This document shows positions 55,555-63,282 of a stretch of DNA of 64,000 bases, in pieces. Position 1 is the first letter of the stretch; every line of letters starts with the position of its first letter. The notes beneath the pieces were generated by a model that made no database searches, was not told the DNA's origin, and saw only the letters and a program-made list of their open reading frames with translations. The DNA lies in IMG/VR virus record IMGVR_UViG_2905706892_000001, positions 1,556 through 65,555 of that record. One strand, 5' to 3'. This DNA is from a virus. Lineage: Duplodnaviria; Caudoviricetes. The translations under genes were made by a program, and so were the position numbers.

Positions 55555-56010
55555 ATGATTGAATCGCAGTATACGGCGAATGTAGGGAAGCGTCTGCCGT
55601 CTGACAAAATGCGATCATGGAAGGTCAATGACAACTTCGCGGGGGGCGTTCCCGATGCATTTTACCGCCACCTCGAAGGAGTTCGCCCGCTCTGGGCTGA
55701 ATACAAATTTATTAAAAGTTTACCAAAGCGCCCTACTACTATAATCAAGCCTGCATTGTCAGAGCAGCAACGATTATGGTTGATAGAGGCTGAAGCCGCG
55801 AATGAACTAGCGGTCGTAATTATTGGATGTGAGTCCATAAAGCATAAGCGTCAAGTATGCGGTGTTGTACTGACTGACCCCAACGAGTGGGATAACGGCA
55901 TATCTGCCGAGCAGTTCGCAACGCGCGCCAAGTCACTAAACTACGACGCTTTAGCAGCATTTATTTTTGAAACCGCTGCTACAGGAGAACTAGCTACGGC
56001 TCTATTGTAA
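55555..56010 (+). CDS. VRR-NUC-like nuclease / Holliday junction resolvase
   Basis: GVPDA..WAEYK..LSEQQRLWL. Confidence 0.8.
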   Translation: MIESQYTANVGKRLPSDKMRSWKVNDNFAGGVPDAFYRHLEGVRPLWAEYKFIKSLPKRPTTIIKPALSEQQRLWLIEAEAANELAVVIIGCESIKHKRQVCGVVLTDPNEWDNGISAEQFATRAKSLNYDALAAFIFETAATGELATALL

Positions 56011-56078
56011 CGTCAATAGACAGGCTGGATGCCGCCTGTACAGTGGTGTTCATGGGTTATCAGACGTTAGTGAAGCGT

Positions 56079-56107
56079 TTGACAGATAGCAGTGTTACTG
56101 TTACATT
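56079..56107 (+). promoter_or_regulatory. Repressor promoter TTGACA-17-TACATT with operator in the spacer
   Basis: AGCAGT-GTT-ACTGTT at 56088-56102. Confidence 0.85.
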
Positions 56108-56141
56108 CCCCCATAAGCAAGCAACCACAACGGGTAACATA

Positions 56142-56744
56142 ATGGAATACAGTGACGACGTACTACAAAAAGTAAAACTAGCGTGGTCTGCCCATAGAGA
56201 TACTGAATCGCTTAGCCAAGCTAAAGCGGCTCAAGCAATGGGCATGAACCAATCAGCTTTCAGTCAATATCTGAGGGGTGCGATACCACTGAACACCGAC
56301 TTCTTATCGAAGTTTACAGCCTTTACGGGCACAAAATTATCGGACTTTGGCGCAGAGGTTACAGCAGTTCCTTCCCGCCCTCTAAGAGTTTTGCGAACGT
56401 TGTCGGGTGCTAAGCCCACTGTAAACTCTATATTAGTTGAAACCATACTGGAAAACGAAGCCTCATATTTAGTTGAAGTTGACTACAACGACTTTATGTT
56501 GCCGAAAGGTTCAATGTTACTAGTTAACCCTAAAGGCACAATACGCCACGGCGACAGAGTCGTTTACATTCGCAGAGGCAATGGGCACACAGTGTTTGGT
56601 ACGATATCGCAAACCGAAGAAGGCTGGGAGATTCTAGAACAACTTTGGCAAGGCGGCAGACGCTACCTAGTAGACCCGAAAGATGACGTTTTTCGCGTTA
56701 TGTCGGTCTACTTTCCTCTTACAAAGGGGTCAAGGTTTAGATAA
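56142..56744 (+). CDS. CI-like repressor: XRE HTH plus degenerate S24-like C-terminal domain
   Basis: LSQAKAAQAMGMNQSAFSQYLRGAIPLN closely resembles lambda CI-type HTH; C-term GSMLLVNP..GDRVV without GDSM Ser or catalytic Lys. Confidence 0.85.
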   Translation: MEYSDDVLQKVKLAWSAHRDTESLSQAKAAQAMGMNQSAFSQYLRGAIPLNTDFLSKFTAFTGTKLSDFGAEVTAVPSRPLRVLRTLSGAKPTVNSILVETILENEASYLVEVDYNDFMLPKGSMLLVNPKGTIRHGDRVVYIRRGNGHTVFGTISQTEEGWEILEQLWQGGRRYLVDPKDDVFRVMSVYFPLTKGSRFR

Positions 56745-56771
56745 TGTGGGCTAACCCCCACAGGACTTAAG

Positions 56772-57176
56772 ATGCCCAACACTAAACAAGACGATGACAC
56801 AATAGAACAAGCGCCACACTACAATACTCGCAAAGTAGAGGCGATCAATTTCGTAAGGCATATGGATTTTGCAACGGGCAACGCGTTTAAGTATGTGTGG
56901 AGACACGGCCTTAAAGACGCGACCACTTTAGAAAAGGGCAAACGTAACTATTACATACGTGATGCCCTTGTCCACCGCCCTGCACTCATGGGCATAGATG
57001 AAGCAGCATTCCTGACACGCTTGGTATCAACAGTAGCCGACGAGTTAGAAGTGCCTGAGTTTGAGTTATTAGTGTCCCTTATTTGGGCTGCATCTGGCGA
57101 TTACGATATGTTAATCGACCGCGCAAAACAGCTACAGCTATTTCCCGTTTCTGTCGAACGACTGATTATAGGGTAA
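56772..57176 (+). CDS. DUF3310 (SaV-like) protein
   Basis: PHYN..VEAI...F..GNAFKYVWRHGLK. Confidence 0.85.
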   Translation: MPNTKQDDDTIEQAPHYNTRKVEAINFVRHMDFATGNAFKYVWRHGLKDATTLEKGKRNYYIRDALVHRPALMGIDEAAFLTRLVSTVADELEVPEFELLVSLIWAASGDYDMLIDRAKQLQLFPVSVERLIIG

Positions 57177-57182
57177 AGCGAT

Positions 57183-57365
57183 ATGGCGATCAGTATTGAG
57201 TGGGTAACACTTAACGCTATGGCTAAGGTGACGGGTTACACCGTTGCCGCACTTCGTAGCAAGATTAAGCGCGGACAATTGTTTGAGGAAAAGCACTGGC
57301 GTAGAGCGCAGGATGGCCGTCTTCTCATACATGTTGGAAATTTTAACGAATGGCTTAAGCAGTAA
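57183..57365 (+). CDS. xis: Excisionase-like winged-helix protein
   Basis: WVTL....TGYT..ALRSKIKRG...E.KHWRRA.DGR.LI....FNEW. Confidence 0.85.
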   Translation: MAISIEWVTLNAMAKVTGYTVAALRSKIKRGQLFEEKHWRRAQDGRLLIHVGNFNEWLKQ

Positions 57366-57372
57366 CACTACT
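57358..57372. promoter_or_regulatory. Operator-like motif between xis and thyX
   Basis: AGCAGT-AAC-ACTACT. Confidence 0.7.
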
Positions 57373-57376
57373 AATT

Positions 57377-58243
57377 ATGATAACAGTAAACGTAATAGCA
57401 GACTCAATCGCCAACGGCGTACGCATAACCTCTGTAGAACTTGAGTACCACAGGTTCGTTCACTCGGAGCTTATGACACACAGAAACTTCTCACGTAATG
57501 CATCAAGCTCACGTGCGATACCAGCCAAAAAAGGTAGAACGCAAGTATGGAACAGCCCACAGTATCCAGTACATTGGGGCGCGAACCAGCGTGGCATGCA
57601 AGCATCGAAACAACTGACGGGATTAAAACGACACTTAGCCAAAGGTTTGTGGAAAAGTGCATCGAAAGTGGCATGTGTATTACATTGGGGGATGGAGAAA
57701 ATTGGGCTTCACAAGCAAGTCTGCAATCGTATCTTAGAGCCATTCCAACCAATAAAGGTGTTGGTCACATCAACGGAGTGGGCGAATTTCTTGTGGTTGC
57801 GAGACCATGATGATGCACAGCCAGAGATACGCGAACTAGCGGGTAAACTTTCTACGGCCTTGATTAGTAGTGTTCCTACTACACTAGGGCATAAGGGGTG
57901 GCATTTACCCTACGTTACGACTGAAATGCGCGCGACACTAACGCTAGAAGAAATGTTGATTATCTCTATTTCATGTTGTGCGCAAGTTAGCTACAGAGCG
58001 CTTGATGTTTCACTCGCTAAAGCACGTAAAATCGTTGAGTCGCTTACGTCAGGTAGTCGAGTTCATGCGTCGCCATTTGAACATCAGGCCTCGCCTATTC
58101 CTACGTACCATAGGCTGAGTATGACCAAGGCCAAGCGCTTAGGCATAACGCATTTTGATACGGACAATAACCGCTGGTCAGGCAACTTCCGTGGCTGGGT
58201 TCAGCATAGACAGCTGATTAAAGGGAATGTTGTAACTGGGTGA
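57377..58243 (+). CDS. thyX: Flavin-dependent thymidylate synthase
   Basis: ELMTHRNFSRNASSSRAIP, NFLWLRDH..AQPEIR, HASPFEH. Confidence 0.93.
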   Translation: MITVNVIADSIANGVRITSVELEYHRFVHSELMTHRNFSRNASSSRAIPAKKGRTQVWNSPQYPVHWGANQRGMQASKQLTGLKRHLAKGLWKSASKVACVLHWGMEKIGLHKQVCNRILEPFQPIKVLVTSTEWANFLWLRDHDDAQPEIRELAGKLSTALISSVPTTLGHKGWHLPYVTTEMRATLTLEEMLIISISCCAQVSYRALDVSLAKARKIVESLTSGSRVHASPFEHQASPIPTYHRLSMTKAKRLGITHFDTDNNRWSGNFRGWVQHRQLIKGNVVTG

Positions 58244-58252
58244 TATGTTAGC

Positions 58253-58282
58253 CGCCCACTAATCGGTGGGCGCTTAGCTTTG
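58253..58282 (+). terminator. Hairpin between convergent thyX and cargo gene
   Basis: CGCCCAC-TAATCG-GTGGGCG. Confidence 0.6.
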
Positions 58283-58299
58283 GTTTAGAGAAGAAGAGT

Positions 58300-58857
58300 T
58301 TAAGGAACTAAGGAAAATACCTTTATTGTCTTATCACCCTGTATAGATGAGTAAGTAACCTCCAACGAAAGTTTTCGTAAATGAGTGAGAATACATTCAT
58401 ATACTTCTTTTTCTTTCGTTGAAAAAGTAAGTATATCTAGCGACGAATTTGCAGAAATACCTAACTCAGCACCAATTTGTAATGCTGTACCATTAGACTT
58501 GTCAAAGGCTAATATTTGAGTTTGGAGCGTTTTAACTGTTAACTCTTCGTCACCCCGAAAAACTTTATACTTAATGTTAATCGCAGAACCCGTACCGTAA
58601 TTCTTTAGACTAAAATTATACGAAAGTTCGCTATCATCGAGAGCAATGAACCTTTCAATCACAGGCGTTATTGAGCTCATGTAAATTTTACGGTTGTGTC
58701 TTAGACCATTGCTGGCGTAAAACAACGTACCAAGCGTAGCCCCGAGCGCCAATACATCCTTTAGTTCAACCTCAAAGTTAAAACCTTGACCGACAATTAT
58801 CCCTGCGATAAAAAGTAAAACCGCTGATACTACATATACAATTTTGTTGTTGCTCAT
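58300..58857 (-). CDS. Membrane protein with two N-terminal TM helices and KNxGxxxAxNI domain
   Basis: Hydrophobic N-terminus; KNYGTGSAINI. Confidence 0.8.
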   Translation of the reverse strand: MSNNKIVYVVSAVLLFIAGIIVGQGFNFEVELKDVLALGATLGTLFYASNGLRHNRKIYMSSITPVIERFIALDDSELSYNFSLKNYGTGSAINIKYKVFRGDEELTVKTLQTQILAFDKSNGTALQIGAELGISANSSLDILTFSTKEKEVYECILTHLRKLSLEVTYSSIQGDKTIKVFSLVP

Positions 58858-58926
58858 TTACCTATCTTTTTTTATTCAGAGCTACTAAGCTGCGGGGACG
58901 ATTAAATCTCCGCTTATAGAGCCTCA

Positions 58927-59313
58927 CTACCCCAACCTAGCGTTCGGCCTGTGCATCCTAATAGACTGCGTTACAACGCCCTCTACGCAATACTCATCGA
59001 ATGACGTAAGCTTTACGGGTTTGTACTCTGGGCACGATGACAATAGCTGGTTGTTCTTCAAATCAGCTATTTTACATACAAACAATCCATTAAGGCATGC
59101 GACAATTATATCGTAGTTCTTAACGTCCTGCGCTCTATCAATTATCAATATGTCACCGTCAAATATCCCCATGCCCTCCATGCTTCGCCCACTGGCAATG
59201 CCCATAAACGTAGAGTTTTTGACTAAGGATTCATCAATACTGTTTTCGAGCCCTCTAACGTTGGGGCCCATCTCGACGTTCTGAACAAGCATATAATAAT
59301 TCCAATTATTCAA
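58927..59313 (-). CDS. umuD: UmuD/HumD-like S24 peptidase, no umuC partner
   Basis: TFMGIASGRSMEGMGIFDGDILIIDR, VACLNG.FVCK, VEGVVT. Confidence 0.85.
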   Translation of the reverse strand: MNNWNYYMLVQNVEMGPNVRGLENSIDESLVKNSTFMGIASGRSMEGMGIFDGDILIIDRAQDVKNYDIIVACLNGLFVCKIADLKNNQLLSSCPEYKPVKLTSFDEYCVEGVVTQSIRMHRPNARLG

Positions 59314-59343
59314 TAAGAGTATCGGAATTATTATAGAACAACA

Positions 59344-59359
59344 CTGTATATGCGTACAG
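59344..59359. promoter_or_regulatory. LexA (SOS) box
   Basis: CTGT-ATATGCGT-ACAG about 30 bp upstream of the umuD-like gene. Confidence 0.9.
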
Positions 59360-59530
59360 TTAAAATATAAGTTGAGTAACTAGTTCACCACTAACGATAA
59401 AATTAATAAAGACCCGCTGCTATAAGTAAGCTAACCTTCGAATGGCGGCAGTGTGCCATGGGCGGGCATAGAATCTTGAACGCCCTCACGCTACTTATTT
59501 TTATTCCGTTTAAAGTACTTGTCATATGAC

Positions 59531-60415
59531 TTAAAGTGAATCAAAAACATCTTTTTTCAAAAGGTTCATTGGATGAAAAGTTGGAATGTTTTTATATAAA
59601 TCAATTACTTTTTCCATTTGCTCTTTATTAGTTCCAATGAAGTATTTATTTGCTTGTGCATAAATCAACATACATAATTTAGCTGAGAAAGTAGCATCAA
59701 AAGTTCTACTTTTAATTGCATCTGGAGAGTAACTTATAAGTTGTGTGTTTGACACTGGAAATATTATTTTGGTATTAAATGAATGTACTCCTGTTAAATT
59801 TTCTATTAGCAGAGGATTGTCACTACAAGGTAAGTTATTCCACCCGCTATCGTTTATTTGATGGTACTTCCACTTGCTTAAATCATCATATTTTAGAGTG
59901 AAATCGAAGGATATAAGTGGGAGTATGAAACATCTAAAGTAATGTTTAAACCCAGAATCAGATTTAAGCATTTCTTTGATATTTTTGGTTTTTCCTACAT
60001 AATTTTCATTTATTATCAATTTCTCTCCAAATTTACTTAGATCTAGAGAAGCAATATACTCATCGGCATAAGCATCATAACAAGGTAAACGCCAAAACTG
60101 GAATGCGATGTACTGCTTAATTAGTAAAATCCCCTCTTTTGAAATGATTTCATCATTAATTTTTCTGCTTCTAATCAATGAAACATACTCACTAAACCTT
60201 GTTTCAATATATCCATACAATTTTTCTAGGTCATCAGTTAATTTACCCTTCATTTTAATTGTATTAAGATTCTTTTCGAACAAAACCGTTTTTGGAGTGT
60301 GCTTATCCCTCTCAAACTTACAAAGTGTTTTATTGTAAACTTGAAGACGTCCATTATCTGATGTAAAACCTTGAAGATAGAACTTAGGAACGTAGTGATG
60401 ATTGACTGAATTCAT
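59531..60415 (-). CDS. DUF4238-family protein (cassette-borne)
   Basis: HHYVPKFYLQGF, SDNP, FPVS motifs; AT-rich. Confidence 0.85.
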   Translation of the reverse strand: MNSVNHHYVPKFYLQGFTSDNGRLQVYNKTLCKFERDKHTPKTVLFEKNLNTIKMKGKLTDDLEKLYGYIETRFSEYVSLIRSRKINDEIISKEGILLIKQYIAFQFWRLPCYDAYADEYIASLDLSKFGEKLIINENYVGKTKNIKEMLKSDSGFKHYFRCFILPLISFDFTLKYDDLSKWKYHQINDSGWNNLPCSDNPLLIENLTGVHSFNTKIIFPVSNTQLISYSPDAIKSRTFDATFSAKLCMLIYAQANKYFIGTNKEQMEKVIDLYKNIPTFHPMNLLKKDVFDSL

Positions 60416-60436
60416 TGTACCTCGTGATCATATAAC

Positions 60437-60563
60437 GAGACCGTAGAATAACTCCAACAGCCAAATTCAATAAAAAAAACGAGTTCATGCAATTAACTCT
60501 AAGCGCATTTGGAACCCATAAAACAGGCTGTTTTTCTTAAAAAATGAGTAACTCTACAGCCTC
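60437..60563. mobile_element. MITE-like element (127 bp) occupying an attC position
   Basis: 18-bp imperfect TIRs GAGACCGTAGAATAACTC / GAGTAACTCTACAGCCTC between ATATAAC (60430-60436) and GTTAAAT (60572-60578). Confidence 0.6.
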
Positions 60564-60580
60564 AAAGCTTTGTTAAATGG

Positions 60581-60823
60581 CTATTCTCTGGGTAGCAGGC
60601 CATCTTCATTTCTTTTTGGTTCACTAATACCTTGCTCTTTAATATGCATAAGTATTTTTTGCTCGTAATGTGGTGCCCAACCATCATGGTTATTGCTATA
60701 ACAAGTTCGGCAAACAGTTAACTTATAGATAAGGATAAACTTTCCATCATATACATTACGCCCAAATTGAAATTGCTGACCACAAGTAGCACAAGACAAC
60801 ATGATTTTATCTGAATTATTCAT
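60581..60823 (-). CDS. Small zinc-binding cassette protein
   Basis: CATC...CRTC; flanked by GTTAAATGG and CCATTTAAC; start moved to ATG 60823. Confidence 0.8.
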   Translation of the reverse strand: MNNSDKIMLSCATCGQQFQFGRNVYDGKFILIYKLTVCRTCYSNNHDGWAPHYEQKILMHIKEQGISEPKRNEDGLLPRE

Positions 60824-60844
60824 TTGACACCTATGTAGTGAGCC

Positions 60845-60946
60845 ATTTAACGCCGTTTTAAGCGGCAAATTGCAGTTGGCTGAAATAAGTGAGGCACGAA
60901 CAAAAAGCCAACTGTAACTTGTCCGGCTTGAAAACCCTTGTTAGGC
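60845..60946 (-). repeat. Intact integron attC site (102 bp)
   Basis: Minus strand GCCTAAC (contains upstream stop) ...TTCAAG...CTTAAA... GTTAAAT with inner stem TTACAGTTGGCT/AGCCAACTGCAA. Confidence 0.9.
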
Positions 60947-61560
60947 CTTTGGCTCAAAACTTTTTCGTATTTTTTCTACTTCAGAAACAAGTGGGTCCAT
61001 ATCTACTTCACCACCAGTAAAAACTTCAATATCAATATAGTTTTCTTCAATTACAGATTTACCAGCAAACTCATACTCAGTTGTAATTATAAACTCGGAA
61101 GGACAATTCTCAGGAGCTTCACCACCTAAAATAATAAAGCTTTGAGCCAATGGAAAAGTTAATTCATAATTTGGAGCAAAACTTTTAATTGGTGCATTAA
61201 ATATTTTAAAATTACGAAGATTCTTTTCTTGGTTATTTGGTTGATTAAATTGGAAAAAGTCACGATCTATAGATATACGTAGATTACTAGCTGCACTTAA
61301 ACCAGTATTTTTTATACTTAAAAATATCACAGGAGAGTGCTTTTTTAATATTGGTTGAATTGTTATATAAGGGCGAGTTAGGGCTTCTGTTTGAATTCTT
61401 GTTTCATTTACTGATTCTTCACTCACTTTAACCATTTTATGTGTTAAGTAAGCATATATAGCTGTTAAAAACACTAAAATATCGGTTAAATAAAACATTC
61501 CAAACTCCTCGAGTAGAGCAATCCAATAGTTGATGTCAAAAATATCCATAAAAGGCCTAA
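60851..61560 (-). mobile_element. Complete integron gene cassette
   Basis: Core GTTAGGCCTTT before the ATG and complementary AAAGGCCTAAC at the stop, followed by full attC. Confidence 0.8.
60941..61549 (-). CDS. Membrane-anchored cassette protein with KNxGxxxAxNL domain
   Basis: TM LTDILVFLTAIYAYLT, RPYI, IKNTGLSAASNL. Confidence 0.8.
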   Translation of the reverse strand: MDIFDINYWIALLEEFGMFYLTDILVFLTAIYAYLTHKMVKVSEESVNETRIQTEALTRPYITIQPILKKHSPVIFLSIKNTGLSAASNLRISIDRDFFQFNQPNNQEKNLRNFKIFNAPIKSFAPNYELTFPLAQSFIILGGEAPENCPSEFIITTEYEFAGKSVIEENYIDIEVFTGGEVDMDPLVSEVEKIRKSFEPKA

Positions 61561-61863
61561 CAATTTAATAGTGCGCTCATCGCACATATTTCTGCCGACT
61601 AAACGCTCGTTTATCTACTTTATATAGTTTTAACAAATAACCTAAAGCATTACTACCACTTAGTTTTTAAAGTTTTAAAGTTTTAAAGTACAGTTTAATA
61701 GAACAATATGCGCGCGTCGCTCATTTTCATGGAATATATGCTCAAAGAGCAGTTTGACCAATCAAGTAACTACGATATTTAGTCAACCTCAACGTCTGCT
61801 CATCGCTCTTTGCCGAAGTTCGGCTTAGTGCCACTTGCGGTCGTTGGTAATCTTATACCTTTG

Positions 61864-62493
61864 TTATGCATTTTTTAGATTTATACTCATTTCTTTTGTA
61901 AAATTTTCCATAGCATCAATAATTTCAACCAAGTAACTCTGCTTTATGTTGAGGTGAACCCTTGCGAATTTTTCAGATTCTAAATGTTTATTACCATTTA
62001 CAATTTTGAAATGCCTTTTGTGAAGCTCTTCATCTAGATGCCCCGCGTTATGCGCAACTATATTTCTCAGTTCTCTAGCTTCAATGATTCGTTGCCAAAA
62101 CTTAGTTTTTGTAGGTACTTTTACAAGCGCAATTTTTGTTAAATATGTTTTAGCGCGTTCGATGCCTTTTCCTTTGTAATCTTTCAACTCACAACAAAGG
62201 CTTCTTTCCAAGTACAAGCTATAGCAGAACTGATTCAAGTAATCTTCGAAAAGAGATACTAACATTACCAAATAGGACTGTTTCTGATACTGTGGAAATA
62301 TGGAATCAAAATGAGCACTAAGATCATTACGGTATTTGTACCTATCCCAATATGTTGATTCGTCAGCTTCTAAATCAGATTCATTATATTTGGTAGACTC
62401 TTCGTTCCAGTGACGTTCAGATAACTCGATGAAAACCCGAATTTTATCTAAATCGTATAAAAAGTACGCTGCAAACTGATCTGATTTTTTCAA
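61864..62493 (-). CDS. HEPN-domain protein, candidate RNase/defence effector
   Basis: SLFE helix motif and RNIVAH (RxxxxH); stop lies in GCATAAC; AGGAGG RBS and TTG start. Confidence 0.8.
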   Translation of the reverse strand: MKKSDQFAAYFLYDLDKIRVFIELSERHWNEESTKYNESDLEADESTYWDRYKYRNDLSAHFDSIFPQYQKQSYLVMLVSLFEDYLNQFCYSLYLERSLCCELKDYKGKGIERAKTYLTKIALVKVPTKTKFWQRIIEARELRNIVAHNAGHLDEELHKRHFKIVNGNKHLESEKFARVHLNIKQSYLVEIIDAMENFTKEMSINLKNA

Positions 62494-62527
62494 AACGCCT
62501 CCTAATTATTAGTAGCTGATGTCTGAC

Positions 62528-62652
62528 GAGGCTGTAAAATAAATCCAACAGCCAAAAATGATTTTAAAATGAGCTAGTTTTTATTGCTTAAAATAAGCGA
62601 CGCGGGAGAGAACAAATGTTATTTTGCCTTTTGAGTGAACTGCTACAGTTTT
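62528..62652. mobile_element. Second, more degenerate MITE-like copy
   Basis: GAGGCTGTAAAATAAATCCAACAGCCAAA ... GAGTGAACTGCTACAGTTTT; shares CCAACAGCCAAA with the first copy. Confidence 0.55.
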
Positions 62653-63136
62653 AATCGCCATCTAATTTTTTTATCCCTTCTTTAACATTTTCTATTTCCG
62701 CAGTTCCAATTGTGCTGTGACCACCTTGAGGTAAGTTTAACTTTAGTAAAGTATTTTGCTCCAAAATCAGTTTTTCCAAGTTTGCAGATGATTGACTAGA
62801 TGAATGATAAGATAAAATCGAAAAAGTAGCGGATAAAACCAAAGCGATTAAACTTACAAACAACATAACTCTGTTCCACTCATTTGTTGAATTAGAGTTT
62901 CTTGCTGATTCCTCTGTAATCGTAGATTGTAAATCGCCTAAGATCTCATTTGTTGGGTTTTTAGGAATACAAGGTGCTTCAAGTATTCTGTGGTTGCTGT
63001 GAGAATTTGATAGCTGAGCAATCAAAATATCTTTAGCTTCTTTATCAACCTCAGAATCAGATTTTTTATTGGTTCTTTTCTGGTTCATATCTTCTTTGGT
63101 ACTTGGTTTAAAACCGAGACTAGTTAAATCAGTCAT
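62651..63136 (-). CDS. Single-TM hypothetical protein, cassette-like
   Basis: ATG lies in GTTAGATG core-like site; TM VMLFVSLIALVLSATFSIL. Confidence 0.75.
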   Translation of the reverse strand: MTDLTSLGFKPSTKEDMNQKRTNKKSDSEVDKEAKDILIAQLSNSHSNHRILEAPCIPKNPTNEILGDLQSTITEESARNSNSTNEWNRVMLFVSLIALVLSATFSILSYHSSSQSSANLEKLILEQNTLLKLNLPQGGHSTIGTAEIENVKEGIKKLDGD

Positions 63137-63282
63137 CTAACACTCCGTAACATATAATATCTTATTCTTTCTCATTTTCGTGATACATAACACCTAAATA
63201 GGCTACTTATGCTATCAGATAAAACTGCAATATCTAGTACATATACTGAATTTAAGGCTTTTCAATTACCGCAAGCAAAAAC

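Noticed and set aside
56043-56141. N-terminal extension of the repressor ORF from GTG 56043
   Set aside because: It spans the predicted promoter and operator; ATG 56142 fits better
61571-61740. GTGCG after a core site, suggesting a group IIC-attC intron 5' end
   Set aside because: No domain V or RT remnant visible; a five-base match is not enough
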